Assembly (NCBI GenBank): GCA_902773085.1
Contig: CACYDF010000054.1
Coordinates: 1 to 33,507, forward strand
Direction: 5' to 3'
DNA: 33,507 nucleotides
Source: an uncultured Erysipelotrichaceae bacterium
GTDB lineage: Bacteria > Bacillota_I > Bacilli_A > RFN20 > CAG-288
The position numbers were made by a program, and so were the translations under genes. This document shows positions 16,336-26,484 of the stretch, in pieces. A model generated the notes under the pieces. The model saw only the letters and a list, made by a program, of their open reading frames with translations, did not search any database and was not told the DNA's origin. The number at the start of each line of letters is the position of its first letter. Within the stretch, counting starts at the first letter, position 1.

Positions 16336-17025
16336 ATGAATCGAATTATTTTATTAGGTGGTGGATCGTCTTCAGGAAAATCATATATTAGTGATCAAGT
16401 AATTAAAAATGTTGGAAAGAAAAATATTACACGTCTTTCAATTGATGACTATTATATTAATCAAGATATTCCTATCGAAGAAAGAAGAAAAGTTAACTAT
16501 GACCATCCTAAAGCATTCGACTGGGATATGATTAGAAAACATGTCTCTTTATTAAAAGAAGGAAAAGAAATTCGTAAACCTATCTATGACTATACTATTT
16601 TAAATAGGTCTGATAAATATGAAAATGTAAAACCTAATAAGTTAATTCTTATCGAAGGAATCATGGCCCTTGTTGATAAGAAACTTCGTAACCTCTCTGA
16701 CTTAAAAATATTTATTAATGCAAATCCAGAAATAAGATTCTTACGTAGATTTATTCGAGATCATAAAGTTAGAAATCGTACTTATGAAAATATTGTTACT
16801 CAATATCTTGCAACAGTTGCACCTATGTATACTGAAATAATTGAACCTAGTTCTAATTATGCAGATTTGATCATTAACAATAATGCAGATGAAAATAGAG
16901 CTATCGATGTTCTAACCTGTGTATTAAAAAACGAACTTGCTGTAAAAGATTCAAATAAAAAAGCTAATCATAAAGAAAAAGAATTTACTGAAGATATCCT
17001 AGCTGGCGTCTTTTTAAAAAGTTAA
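16336..17025 (+). CDS. udk: uridine kinase
   Basis: 229-aa ORF with GGGAGG RBS, P-loop GGGSSSGKS, and the typical NYDHPKAFDWD and IEGIMAL segments. Confidence 0.9.
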   Translation: MNRIILLGGGSSSGKSYISDQVIKNVGKKNITRLSIDDYYINQDIPIEERRKVNYDHPKAFDWDMIRKHVSLLKEGKEIRKPIYDYTILNRSDKYENVKPNKLILIEGIMALVDKKLRNLSDLKIFINANPEIRFLRRFIRDHKVRNRTYENIVTQYLATVAPMYTEIIEPSSNYADLIINNNADENRAIDVLTCVLKNELAVKDSNKKANHKEKEFTEDILAGVFLKS

Positions 17026-18692
17026 AGCTTTATAACCTGTTTATTATTTTCGACTATAGGTTCAATATTTATTTCATTGAACCTATTTTCGTTTGGTTCA
17101 TATATTTTAATATTGCATTCATCACTATTTAGTTTATTAAGAAGTAATACATATTCTTTATCAGCAGGAAGATAAATATCTATTTTTTTATCTCTTATAT
17201 CTTGAATAAACTTATTATCTAAATCTACATTATCTCCATTTACATAATTAATTATTTCTTTTTCATCTGCAAGAATAGAAAAAGTTGCTTTATGATTATT
17301 AATTTGAACTTTATAATATCTTCCTCTTAAATCAGGCCTGATAATATCTTTTGTATAATTTAAATCCATACTTCTTAAAAAAGATAAACATAATTCTGGA
17401 CTATGTGCACTTTTAATAGAATTTAAATTATTCTTATCTAGTAGAGGAAAAAGTATTTCTTTATGAGACATTAAAATCTGTTTAACTTTTTTTATAAAGG
17501 CTGAAACACTTGCTGATTCTGTTTTATCTTTAGTTTTAATAGAAGAAAGAAAACTTTTCCCTTCTGCATCACTTGAAAAATATTTTATCAGTGCAGATCT
17601 AATTCCATCTTGAAATAAAGCCGTATAGTTGTCTCTTGATACAACTGCATATTCACCAAGAAGATCAGTTAGTTCATCAAGAAATAATCCTTGAGTCCAA
17701 TTGATTAAGTTTTTGTTTTTGCTTGCAAATATTTTACTAAGTCTTGATTCAACAACCATTGAAAAATCTGAGATAGAATATCGACCAAGTTGCTGATAAT
17801 TTGGCATTAACTCAAACTGACTTTTTACCTTTTCTAAATTATCATCAAAGTCATAATTATTTAACCTATCAGGAAGATAAAGCTCATTACCAAAATAAGA
17901 ACAATTTAATATCCTTGGAACAACCTTTGTGACTGGATCATTATAATTAAGAATACAGTATATATTATTAAATTTTTCACTCTTAGGATAATTAGATTCA
18001 TCAAAGAAAACTCCACGCGGAGATTCAAAACAAAATGAATAAAAATTATCTTTTTTAAGTTTAATCTTTTTATCAAAAATATATCTATGGTTTTCAATCA
18101 TCTCATCGATTCTTCCAGAAGCAATATTGTTAGAAATTGCACCTCTAGAAAAACCCATTGACCAAAGTTTAATCTTCCCTTTAATCTTATATTTAAGTAG
18201 ATAGTTTTTCAATGATTCTAGAAAGATTTCGCTAGCTTCAAAAAAGCCTTTATGATAAATAGAATTTTTATCATTCCCTATCTTAAAATTTGATGCCCAT
18301 TCACTCTCGTAATTTGCGCTTCTTATTACGACAACAACAAGGGTGTATCTTCTTATTTTCTTAGATGCAAAAACGATGCCTAATGAATCTGCATTAGGTT
18401 TATTTTTGAAATCAACATTTGTATCAATATTATTAAATTTTAGTTTATTAAGTAAGTCTATCCCGTTTTGAAATTTTGAAGAATAGTCATGTTCACCAGA
18501 AGCAAAACATGCCATTGTTAAAGATAGAGATTGAGTAAGAAGTGACTTATTCAAATATGAAGAAGGAATACGAAAATAACTATCTGAATAATACATATAG
18601 TTAACGTAGTCTTTTTGAGAATAATAGAACAAAAAATCAAATCTATTTACTTTCGCTTTACTTATAATTCGCTTTATTTTTGAATAGCGCAT
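17022..18692 (-). CDS. hypothetical protein with lipase/alpha-beta-hydrolase-like GxSxG elbow
   Basis: 556-aa ORF. The only recognisable feature is KLWSMGFSRGAISNN (GFSRG nucleophile elbow) after a beta-strand-like hydrophobic run. It is the last gene of the mreB-yqeY operon. Its stop overlaps the udk stop (TTAA, 17022-17025). Confidence 0.4.
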   Translation of the reverse strand: MRYSKIKRIISKAKVNRFDFLFYYSQKDYVNYMYYSDSYFRIPSSYLNKSLLTQSLSLTMACFASGEHDYSSKFQNGIDLLNKLKFNNIDTNVDFKNKPNADSLGIVFASKKIRRYTLVVVVIRSANYESEWASNFKIGNDKNSIYHKGFFEASEIFLESLKNYLLKYKIKGKIKLWSMGFSRGAISNNIASGRIDEMIENHRYIFDKKIKLKKDNFYSFCFESPRGVFFDESNYPKSEKFNNIYCILNYNDPVTKVVPRILNCSYFGNELYLPDRLNNYDFDDNLEKVKSQFELMPNYQQLGRYSISDFSMVVESRLSKIFASKNKNLINWTQGLFLDELTDLLGEYAVVSRDNYTALFQDGIRSALIKYFSSDAEGKSFLSSIKTKDKTESASVSAFIKKVKQILMSHKEILFPLLDKNNLNSIKSAHSPELCLSFLRSMDLNYTKDIIRPDLRGRYYKVQINNHKATFSILADEKEIINYVNGDNVDLDNKFIQDIRDKKIDIYLPADKEYVLLLNKLNSDECNIKIYEPNENRFNEINIEPIVENNKQVIKL

Positions 18693-18710
18693 TTTAACTA
18701 ATTTACGAGA

Positions 18711-19136
18711 TTATTGCTCCTTAGCAACTTTAGCAACTAAAGAAAAATCGACTTTCCCAGCATACTCTGTTTTAAAGTGTTGCATAATAGATTTTAAATC
18801 TTTCTTATCTAATTTTTTTATGATATCTTTTATCTCTTCTTCACTTAATAATTTAGGTAAATAAGATTTGATGATATTAATTTGTTCTTCAACTTCTCTT
18901 GCTTCTTTTTCTTTTAAATTACTAGCATACATTTCTTTTTCGTCAACTAAACCTTTTAATACTTTGTTTAAAATTGAAAGCATGTTTTCATCATTCATTT
19001 CTTCACCCTTTGCTTTCTTTTCAATTTCAGCAAGTTGATATGAAGAAATAACAACAGATAACAGGTTTGACTTATTAGTATTTTTAGCTTTCAATGCTTC
19101 TAATTTTTCTTTTTTTAATTCTTCTATTTTTACCAT
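18711..19136 (-). CDS. yqeY: GatB/YqeY-domain protein
   Basis: 141-aa ORF with AGGAGAA RBS. It is helical and K/E-rich, and YLPKLLSEEEIKDII matches the conserved YLP..LSEEE segment of YqeY proteins. Confidence 0.8.
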   Translation of the reverse strand: MVKIEELKKEKLEALKAKNTNKSNLLSVVISSYQLAEIEKKAKGEEMNDENMLSILNKVLKGLVDEKEMYASNLKEKEAREVEEQINIIKSYLPKLLSEEEIKDIIKKLDKKDLKSIMQHFKTEYAGKVDFSLVAKVAKEQ

Positions 19137-19146
19137 AATATTTCTC

Positions 19147-20133
19147 CTATTTATTTAATAATTTTTCGATGAAGACACCTAGACCATTTATCGTTGCATT
19201 TTCTGGTTCAGCAGCAACTTTAACTGGTATTGATAATCTACTTGAAAGATATTCTTTTAGTCCTGGAAGAAGTGCACTTCCACCAGTAAGAAGTAATCCA
19301 TTTGAAACTAGATCTGACGAAAGTTCAGATGACAAATTTAAGATAACATCATTGACTTTCATTGCAATAATATCGCATAGTGGTTGAATACTTTTTTTGA
19401 CAAAAGAAGAAGATACGATTGCTGAAGTAGGTAAAGATGTAATTGTATCTTTTCCTTTTATTTCAGAAAGTTTATTTTCACTATTACTTGATAAATTTCC
19501 AATCTTCTTTTTTACTGTTTCACAAGCACTAAGTCCTGATTGAATATGTTGTTCTAAAATAAGGTTTCTTCTTATTGCTTCATCAAAAGATCCACCAGCT
19601 ATATATGTACTAGTACATTCAACTATTTCACCTAAAGATAAACATGCAATATCTGTTACTCCACAGCCAATATTGCAAACAAGTGTTGCCTCAGGTGAAT
19701 CAATTGATTCTCCTGCACCTAAAGCAGCAAGTTTAGCACTACTTTCAATATAAATTTCTTTTGCCTGTATTCTTTTACCAATTTCAATTAATGCTTGTTG
19801 AGAAACTTTAGAAGATTCACTTGGGCAAGATAAAACAACTGTTATACCTCTAATAATTGAGTTTAGTCGTAAATCTTTAAAAACTTTCTTTAAAAATTCT
19901 GTTGCAACATCAACATCATATACTTGACCATTTTTAATTGGACCGATAACTGTAATATTGTAAGGTGTTCGATCTTGAATTTTTTTAGATAGAAAACCTA
20001 CCTCTTTTATATCTCCGGTATATGAATCTAGAGCAATACTAGTAGGTTCATAAAAAACTACTCCTTTAGTTAAAGAAGAATAAATTCTTGTATTCGCTGT
20101 TCCAAAATCAATGCCAATTATTTCTTTAGCCAT
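19147..20133 (-). CDS. mreB: actin-like rod-shape protein MreB/Mbl family (divergent)
   Basis: 328-aa ORF. IGIDFGTANTRIY (phosphate-1), PIKNGQV.D, LVCNIGCGVTDIA (phosphate-2, GGGTT degenerated to GCGVT) and LLLTGGSALLPGL (adenosine motif) occur in MreB order and spacing. Confidence 0.85.
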   Translation of the reverse strand: MAKEIIGIDFGTANTRIYSSLTKGVVFYEPTSIALDSYTGDIKEVGFLSKKIQDRTPYNITVIGPIKNGQVYDVDVATEFLKKVFKDLRLNSIIRGITVVLSCPSESSKVSQQALIEIGKRIQAKEIYIESSAKLAALGAGESIDSPEATLVCNIGCGVTDIACLSLGEIVECTSTYIAGGSFDEAIRRNLILEQHIQSGLSACETVKKKIGNLSSNSENKLSEIKGKDTITSLPTSAIVSSSFVKKSIQPLCDIIAMKVNDVILNLSSELSSDLVSNGLLLTGGSALLPGLKEYLSSRLSIPVKVAAEPENATINGLGVFIEKLLNK

Positions 20134-20140
20134 ATTAAAT

Positions 20141-20146
20141 ATTTTA
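20141..20146 (-). promoter_or_regulatory. -10 box, probable leaderless transcript for mreB
   Basis: The minus strand reads TAAAAT, then 7 nt (ATTTAAT), then ATG at 20133. There is no SD and no TG extension. Confidence 0.35.
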
Positions 20147-20321
20147 AACCACTTTAGGTGAAATTGATATGAGAATTTATCCTATCACCATAGATTTCTT
20201 GATATATAAACAATATTGCTCATTTTTGATTTTTTCTTTTATTATTGAAATATTTGTTTATAATATTATAATAATATCGTTAAATTATATTTATATAATT
20301 TCTATTTTTCGAGGTTAAATT

Positions 20322-21719
20322 ATGACAGAAAGAAAAATTTTATCATCAATTAGACTAAATCTAATTATCGCTTTGCTTGCTGCTTTAGCTGCAACAAATT
20401 TGTTTTTTAACTATTTAAATCCAAAGATTGACACTGTCGATTTACATAGTTATTTAGATTACGATATGATCAGCGCAATGTTTGTTGGTCTTACATCACT
20501 TCTTTTATTTGGTGCTGAACTTATTGCTTACATTAGAAACAAACCTGTTATGAAAGTTTTCACTTTATTAAAGTTTGTTGGAACAATAGGTTCTGTTGTC
20601 GCTCTTTTATATTATTATGGTGCAAGACTCCCACTTGATTTTGATTTAGATCATGTCCTTTCATATAACAGATTTTTATTTACAAAGACAATCATCCCTG
20701 TTCTTGCTTTATATTCATTAATTTATACTGAATCATTCAATAGACATAAAGTTTCTACATTCCTACTTGGTGCTATTCTTCCTGCAGCCTACCTTGTATA
20801 TATGGTAGTAAGTCAAATCTTCTTTGAAGTTGAACCATTACATGATTACTTTGATTTTGTAAATGAAGATAATAGAAAACTAACAATTATTGTAACTGCA
20901 TCAGCTGGTGTTGGTTGCATTGTATTAAGTTTCCTTGTTTACTTATGGAAGAGTTGCATTGATAAAGACCATAAGGAAAAGAAAGTTGCTGTTAAACTTG
21001 ATGACAAACTTGGATTTGCATCAATTGAAGATAATAAAGCTGAACCATCAACTGATGAAAATAAACAAACTGAAGAAGATATTACTTTAAACTTATCTAA
21101 AGCATCACTATCTGATATTCTTGCAAATAACAAACTTGATGAAAAAGAAGAATCTCCTGAATTAAATAAAGAGATTACTTTTTCACTTGATGATAATGAT
21201 GAATTAAAACCAGTTGAAAATCCTCCAGTTAATGAATTGAAATTAACTTTAGATCAATCTCCAGCAACTAAACCTGAAGAAGAGCCAAAGAAAAAAGAAA
21301 CTGCTAAAGAAAATAAAAAAGAAGCAGTAAAAATTAAACCAGTTCCTGCTGCAAGTGCAAAAGCACCTGCAACTAAAGCTGCTACTAAAGAAAAAGAACC
21401 TAAAAAAGTAGAACCAGATTTCAAAGCTGAAAAACAAGTTAAGAATGATAATCCTCTTAATGTTAAAGTTCCTGCTAAAAAACCATCTCATCCAACTCCA
21501 GTTCCAGCAAGTGCTCCTAGCGAAGAAAATGAACACAGAGTCTATCATGTTGGTAAACAAAAATCTGGTAAATGGCAAGTCAAACTTGAAAATGGTGAAA
21601 GAGCAATTAAACTCTTTGATACTCAAAAAGAAGCTATTGACTATGCAAAAGAATTAATTAAGACTCAAGGCGGTTCATATCGAATTCATTCTAGACAAGG
21701 TAAGATTAGAAAAGAGTAA
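20322..21719 (+). CDS. membrane protein: polytopic N-domain, K/E/P/A-rich low-complexity linker, C-terminal DUF2188-like domain
   Basis: 465-aa ORF with GAGGT RBS. Residues 1-215 form about 6 TM helices that resemble the 11890 CDS. Residues 215-400 are low-complexity. The C-terminus YHVGKQKSGKWQVKLENGERAIKLFDTQKEAIDYAKELIKTQGGSYRIHSRQGKI fits the DUF2188 pattern. Confidence 0.55.
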   Translation: MTERKILSSIRLNLIIALLAALAATNLFFNYLNPKIDTVDLHSYLDYDMISAMFVGLTSLLLFGAELIAYIRNKPVMKVFTLLKFVGTIGSVVALLYYYGARLPLDFDLDHVLSYNRFLFTKTIIPVLALYSLIYTESFNRHKVSTFLLGAILPAAYLVYMVVSQIFFEVEPLHDYFDFVNEDNRKLTIIVTASAGVGCIVLSFLVYLWKSCIDKDHKEKKVAVKLDDKLGFASIEDNKAEPSTDENKQTEEDITLNLSKASLSDILANNKLDEKEESPELNKEITFSLDDNDELKPVENPPVNELKLTLDQSPATKPEEEPKKKETAKENKKEAVKIKPVPAASAKAPATKAATKEKEPKKVEPDFKAEKQVKNDNPLNVKVPAKKPSHPTPVPASAPSEENEHRVYHVGKQKSGKWQVKLENGERAIKLFDTQKEAIDYAKELIKTQGGSYRIHSRQGKIRKE

Positions 21720-21748
21720 ATAACTCCCTTACTCTTTGTCTTAATATT

Positions 21749-21776
21749 AAGGCTACTATCACTAGTAGCCTTTTTT
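21749..21776. terminator. intrinsic terminator between convergent 20322 CDS and the giant gene
   Basis: AAGGCTACTA (21749-21758), loop TCAC, TAGTAGCCTT (21763-21772), T-run to 21776. It overlaps the stop codon of the minus-strand giant gene. Confidence 0.75.
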
Positions 21777-24700
21777 ATTGATTAATCAGATTATCGATTT
21801 CTAAGCCTATATCACCATTGATATAATAATAATCTTGATTATTATATTTGTAGTAATTATATGCCGAGTATGGGCTAAAATACGAACTTATTTCTTCAGC
21901 AGCATTAAACATATTTGTAATTAGTCCTGCAACAAGTTCACTTGCTAAATAACTTCTATAATCTTCTATATAAGTGTTTTCAAAGAGACTTGTAAAGAAG
22001 TTATTATCAAAGTTGTTTTTTATATCACTAAGGCTAGAATATGATTTATCTTTAACACTAAATAAGTGGTCTAGAGTGCCTTTTAATAATTCTAAATCAT
22101 CATCTTTATTAAAGTATGGATTATTTTTCATTACTTCTTTTATTCTTGTTGCTTTAGCTTCTTCTTGATAATAATAAATGGTTGGATTAGACAAATAATT
22201 TGTTAGTTTGAAAAGAGTAGTATTAAGTAGGTTATAAATGATATAGTTATAGTTATTTTCAAGAATATTAAGTGATGAAAATAAATATATTATTTCTGCA
22301 TTTGAACTATCAAGATATTCTGGCATTGTTTTATTTGTGAGTATGTTTTTTGCTCCATAATTATCATTAGAAAGAATATCAAATATTAAATTATAATCAT
22401 GAGAATAGTACTTAGTATCTTCATCTGAATTAGTTAAATGCACATCAAATCTTATTGGATGAATAATTCTACTTGATGAATCTTTTAAGAAGTTATCTAA
22501 ATTAAAATCAGCACAAATTCTCTTTATTCGATAAATCAAATATTGGTGTAAGAATAATGAATTATTTAATGAATCATAAATGTTTCTTAATGGTTCAACT
22601 TCTTTATTAAATGAATAATCAAAGAATGAATAGTTAATATTATTTCCATTTAAGATTAAGGAAGAATAATTAGTAAACTCTTTTTCCCAGTTGGTTGTTA
22701 AATCATTACTAATATCTTTATTATCTATCTCTGAAATTATTCCTTTAATCTTTGATAAATTACTTGCATTATTTTCTCCACCCATTACTAAATATTTTGA
22801 ATATGAAACATTCTTTTCAGTTAAAGAATACATATAATATCCAAAAGGTGAAAATGAATTATTTCTTGCTCGAGTTGAAAGAAGTTTACTTCTTCCTAAG
22901 GCCTTGAAATTATTTGATATTTGATTAACTAAATCTTCTTCTCCTTCAATATTATTAAGTGAAAATAATTTATCAAACTGGCTCATTCTACTTGCGACTA
23001 ATTCATTATCATTTACTTTCTTAGTAAGAAGAACTAGAGCTTCATTTATATCATATAAACTTTGTCCCATTGTTACTCCATCAAGAGCATCACTTCCATA
23101 TACTAGAGATGAATCAATATATTTATAAGCATCAAAGAAGAAAGAAGGAATATCTTTAATAATATTAGATAACTTTTTAACTATATGTCTTCCATAGATA
23201 TCAGTTAGTTTTCTAATATACATATCAGATAATACACTTGCTCCATATGTATTTTCTCTTGTTATTTCATCTTGAATATATGTTCGAAAATCAAGTGAAG
23301 AATAATCTCCTTCCTTTATCTTTGATAAATAAAAATCATTCTTTAACTTATTGAAAAGTGAACAGATATTTCTTACTGATCCAATACTAGTAAGAGTAAA
23401 TACATATTCATTTTCATTAATGTTAAAAACCTTTTCTTCAGTAGAAATAATCCACGAACAATTAGCATATTGCTTTACACTAAATACATCAGGAGATAAA
23501 TCTGGAAGATTATATTTATCAAATATTCCAAACTTATGTAAAGACAAATATATAAAATTAGCCATTGGATCAGAAAGACTATCTTGTGAATAATTTGTCA
23601 TTGTAAGAGTAGTTAAAAAGACATTAAATTCATCTGAATCAATTGTTCTTAAATAAGGAATAGGATCACTTGCTAATTTGTTGTATTCAAGCTTTTTAAA
23701 CAAAGCACTTATGATTTTAAGTGAATATAAATCATCTAGTAGTTTATACTTATTTTTTTCTTCATATGCATAATTACGTAAATCATTAAAAGAGAAGTTT
23801 ACATTCTTACCTTCAAAATACTTTTCAAACTTAGATACAATTGAATTTACTCCACTTTCTCTAAATAAATCAGAATTAACAGTTGCTGAGGCTAAATCAA
23901 AAATACTTTCGAAACTATTTATGTGGTCAAGATCAGCAAGATGTAAAGTATCTAGGTTTAAAGAAAAATAATCAGTATTATCTTTTATTGATTTAATCAT
24001 TAAACAAATATTACCTATCTCATCTTGAGGCATTGATATTTCTTTTCCACTAGGAAGTCTAATATTAGATATTGTTCCATTACCCCAATTAGCAGTTGCT
24101 ATTTTTTCTCTACTTGGTAAAACAAAATTTAATGAGGAGAAAATTTCTGAGTTAAATAATTTATTAAGAACTACTTCCATATTGATGTTCTCTGCTTCAA
24201 TATCTTTTTGAATATATTTAATATTAGGATTGAAGAAATTGGAATTAGCTATAACATCTAAAAAGATACGAATAGATTCAACATCAAGTGCCTCTATCTT
24301 CTCTTTTCTTGTTGCTGTATTTGACTCTATCTTTTGATATAGATTTACAATTTTTGGCATTGAAAGAATAACACGTGAAATATCATTCACAAAGTTTTCA
24401 TCATCATAATTAAAGTTATATGGAGTTAAACCAAATAAGAAATCTTTAACTTGTTGCTCAGAATAATTATTAATTAAATATGACTTTAAAATAACTGGAT
24501 AGACTGATGAGAAAACAATACTATTTTTTGCAATTTGTAATAAGTCATAAATCTCTTGAGCAGTTGCTTGATCAAAGTTTTCTCTTAGTGTAAAAGAGAA
24601 ATTATCATCCCAGTGAATTGGATTAGATGGTTCAGCAAGAATATCTATTATTGAAAACATATAGCTAACTTCTAATCTAATCTCACTGACATCTTTATTG

Positions 24701-26466
24701 TTAAAAGTTTTAACACTTTCTATAAACTTTTCGTTGCTTATATAACTATTAATTCCTGATGTATTATCCGATAAAAATGAGTTTAGTAAAACAAGGACTG
24801 TATCACCTTTTTTAAGCAAACTAAATAGATTAGAATTTAGTAAACCATCTTCTCCTAAAATAATATCTCTTAGGACTACTCTTTTCTCTTTTACTTTAAA
24901 AGCTTTTACTAGTTGTTCTTGAATAAAATTGAAATTCATATTTGCTTGAATATCTACTTCAATTAGTCTTAATAGTCTAAATAAACCTTTAGCAAAAATA
25001 TAAAATTCTTCACCCCAATCAATGTCTTTGTAGGCCTCTGTCTCAGTTGGAAAAAGATCATATCCATACGCACTCAAAGTAGTTCCTAAACTGTTTAATA
25101 TAACTGGTGCATTTTTATTTATTACATTAGTAGAGCCGACAATTCTTGCAGCATCACATAAAGTGCTAATAGTAGAATCGTCGTAAGTTGACGTCTTCAT
25201 GACAAAGTTATAAGGATTAATATCTTTTCCATCAATTATTGTATTAATAGTTAGTGGATATATTTTGTCGTAAATTTTTTGAATAGCTTCAATATCGTTT
25301 GACCAGTCGATATCAGAGAAGTCAAGGATATCTAAAGTAAATTCTGTGTTTGCTGAAATCATTGCCAAACCAACATCAATTAGTGGAGGAATAAGTGCAT
25401 AAAAAGAAGAGTTTTTTGGAAGTAAGATTGATGAAAGCATTGCATCAATTGTTGAAACAGATAAAAGAGTTGCATAGTTATAAGTTACATATGATAATCC
25501 TTCTTGATAACTGATTGAATCGCTTGTCATTATTGGATTTGCAACATCTGTTATTGATGAAATTAAACTATCAAGATTAATCTCATATCCATATATCTTT
25601 TGAGAACTAACTTTATTCATAATTAATGAATCAAGATAGTATCCTCCAGGAAGAGTATAAATCTTTGATAGTGCAGATGAAGCAAAGTCATCAATGAAGT
25701 TACTTGTGTCATCAATTGTTTTAATTGTCGATGGTGCCAAAGTTTTTGTAAAAGCAAAAACATCTTCTTTATTATTTTCAGCTATTCTAAAAATTGCAGT
25801 TATTGGAGAACATATAATTAGAGCAAAAACAAATTGAACTGCAAAACCTAAAATAGCACCTCCAAGTTTAAGTAGGGGTTTCTTTGATTTTTTATCAAAT
25901 ATAGTTCCATCACTATTTAATAAACCTTTTGCTAAAACACTTAGTGCTCTTGAATTCTTTTTATATTCTCTTTCATTTTTAAGCCTATGATAATTCTCTT
26001 TAAATGTCTCAACTTGATAGAACCATCTAAATACACCATTATAAATTAATAAAGCAACTATGTCTATTAACAAATTTGAAAGAAACATCATAACAAAGAA
26101 AACACCATAACAAATAATTAAATGTGTAATAGTAACAATGAGTGAATAAATTGAAAGACCATTTATTGGTGAAACTATCTTAAGTGCAGTAATAATATTA
26201 GCGACTGTTTCTGAAACTGTTGTTACTGTTATAGTTGTATTATTAACTATAAAATTAGGTATTCCAAATCTAGTTAAGTCAATATTTGAAAAACTTCTTG
26301 CAATTGCAGGGGTAGAAAAGATCCAAAAGACAATAAATCCAGCTTTAATGAATGTTTTTATGCTTGTTTTAAATAAACCTCTATAAAATCCAATAACTAA
26401 AGCTAGTATAGAGGAAACAATTACCGCTATAAATATTAATAAGGCTATCCACGAAGCTAAACTCAT
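21775..26466 (-). CDS. giant (about 1563-aa) membrane-anchored protein of unknown function, possible CvpA-like N-terminus
   Basis: Uninterrupted 4.7-kb ORF. The track start TTG 26490 lies inside a TGTTATAAT box, so I prefer ATG 26466 (MSLASW...), with ATG 26472 as the alternative. The first ~230 aa hold 5-6 hydrophobic helices, and helix 1 (IGFYRGLFKTSIKTFIKAGF) recalls the GFxRG pattern of CvpA. The remaining ~1300 aa are N/S/Y/I/D-rich with no motif I recognise. Confidence 0.6.
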   Translation of the reverse strand: MSLASWIALLIFIAVIVSSILALVIGFYRGLFKTSIKTFIKAGFIVFWIFSTPAIARSFSNIDLTRFGIPNFIVNNTTITVTTVSETVANIITALKIVSPINGLSIYSLIVTITHLIICYGVFFVMMFLSNLLIDIVALLIYNGVFRWFYQVETFKENYHRLKNEREYKKNSRALSVLAKGLLNSDGTIFDKKSKKPLLKLGGAILGFAVQFVFALIICSPITAIFRIAENNKEDVFAFTKTLAPSTIKTIDDTSNFIDDFASSALSKIYTLPGGYYLDSLIMNKVSSQKIYGYEINLDSLISSITDVANPIMTSDSISYQEGLSYVTYNYATLLSVSTIDAMLSSILLPKNSSFYALIPPLIDVGLAMISANTEFTLDILDFSDIDWSNDIEAIQKIYDKIYPLTINTIIDGKDINPYNFVMKTSTYDDSTISTLCDAARIVGSTNVINKNAPVILNSLGTTLSAYGYDLFPTETEAYKDIDWGEEFYIFAKGLFRLLRLIEVDIQANMNFNFIQEQLVKAFKVKEKRVVLRDIILGEDGLLNSNLFSLLKKGDTVLVLLNSFLSDNTSGINSYISNEKFIESVKTFNNKDVSEIRLEVSYMFSIIDILAEPSNPIHWDDNFSFTLRENFDQATAQEIYDLLQIAKNSIVFSSVYPVILKSYLINNYSEQQVKDFLFGLTPYNFNYDDENFVNDISRVILSMPKIVNLYQKIESNTATRKEKIEALDVESIRIFLDVIANSNFFNPNIKYIQKDIEAENINMEVVLNKLFNSEIFSSLNFVLPSREKIATANWGNGTISNIRLPSGKEISMPQDEIGNICLMIKSIKDNTDYFSLNLDTLHLADLDHINSFESIFDLASATVNSDLFRESGVNSIVSKFEKYFEGKNVNFSFNDLRNYAYEEKNKYKLLDDLYSLKIISALFKKLEYNKLASDPIPYLRTIDSDEFNVFLTTLTMTNYSQDSLSDPMANFIYLSLHKFGIFDKYNLPDLSPDVFSVKQYANCSWIISTEEKVFNINENEYVFTLTSIGSVRNICSLFNKLKNDFYLSKIKEGDYSSLDFRTYIQDEITRENTYGASVLSDMYIRKLTDIYGRHIVKKLSNIIKDIPSFFFDAYKYIDSSLVYGSDALDGVTMGQSLYDINEALVLLTKKVNDNELVASRMSQFDKLFSLNNIEGEEDLVNQISNNFKALGRSKLLSTRARNNSFSPFGYYMYSLTEKNVSYSKYLVMGGENNASNLSKIKGIISEIDNKDISNDLTTNWEKEFTNYSSLILNGNNINYSFFDYSFNKEVEPLRNIYDSLNNSLFLHQYLIYRIKRICADFNLDNFLKDSSSRIIHPIRFDVHLTNSDEDTKYYSHDYNLIFDILSNDNYGAKNILTNKTMPEYLDSSNAEIIYLFSSLNILENNYNYIIYNLLNTTLFKLTNYLSNPTIYYYQEEAKATRIKEVMKNNPYFNKDDDLELLKGTLDHLFSVKDKSYSSLSDIKNNFDNNFFTSLFENTYIEDYRSYLASELVAGLITNMFNAAEEISSYFSPYSAYNYYKYNNQDYYYINGDIGLEIDNLINQ

Positions 26467-26475
26467 AGTCATTAA

Positions 26476-26484
26476 ATTATAACA
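26476..26484 (-). promoter_or_regulatory. extended -10 promoter, probable leaderless transcript for the giant gene
   Basis: The minus strand reads TGTTATAAT, then 9 nt (TTAATGACT), then ATG at 26466. There is no SD upstream of either ATG. Confidence 0.45.

Noticed and set aside
10712-19387. Short internal or antisense ORFs at 10712-10906, 12096-12377, 14959-15219, 15617-15838, 17906-18097 and 19169-19387
   Set aside because: Each is nested in a longer CDS with recognisable family signatures. They are explained by AT-rich codon bias.
20939-23593. ORFs 20939-21133 (-), 21249-21626 (-), 21445-21657 (+), 21974-22168 (+) and 23351-23593 (+)
   Set aside because: The first three arise from the K/E/P/A low-complexity coding repeat of the 20322 gene, whose reverse and shifted frames give F/S/R-rich nonsense. 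The last two are antisense to the giant ORF.
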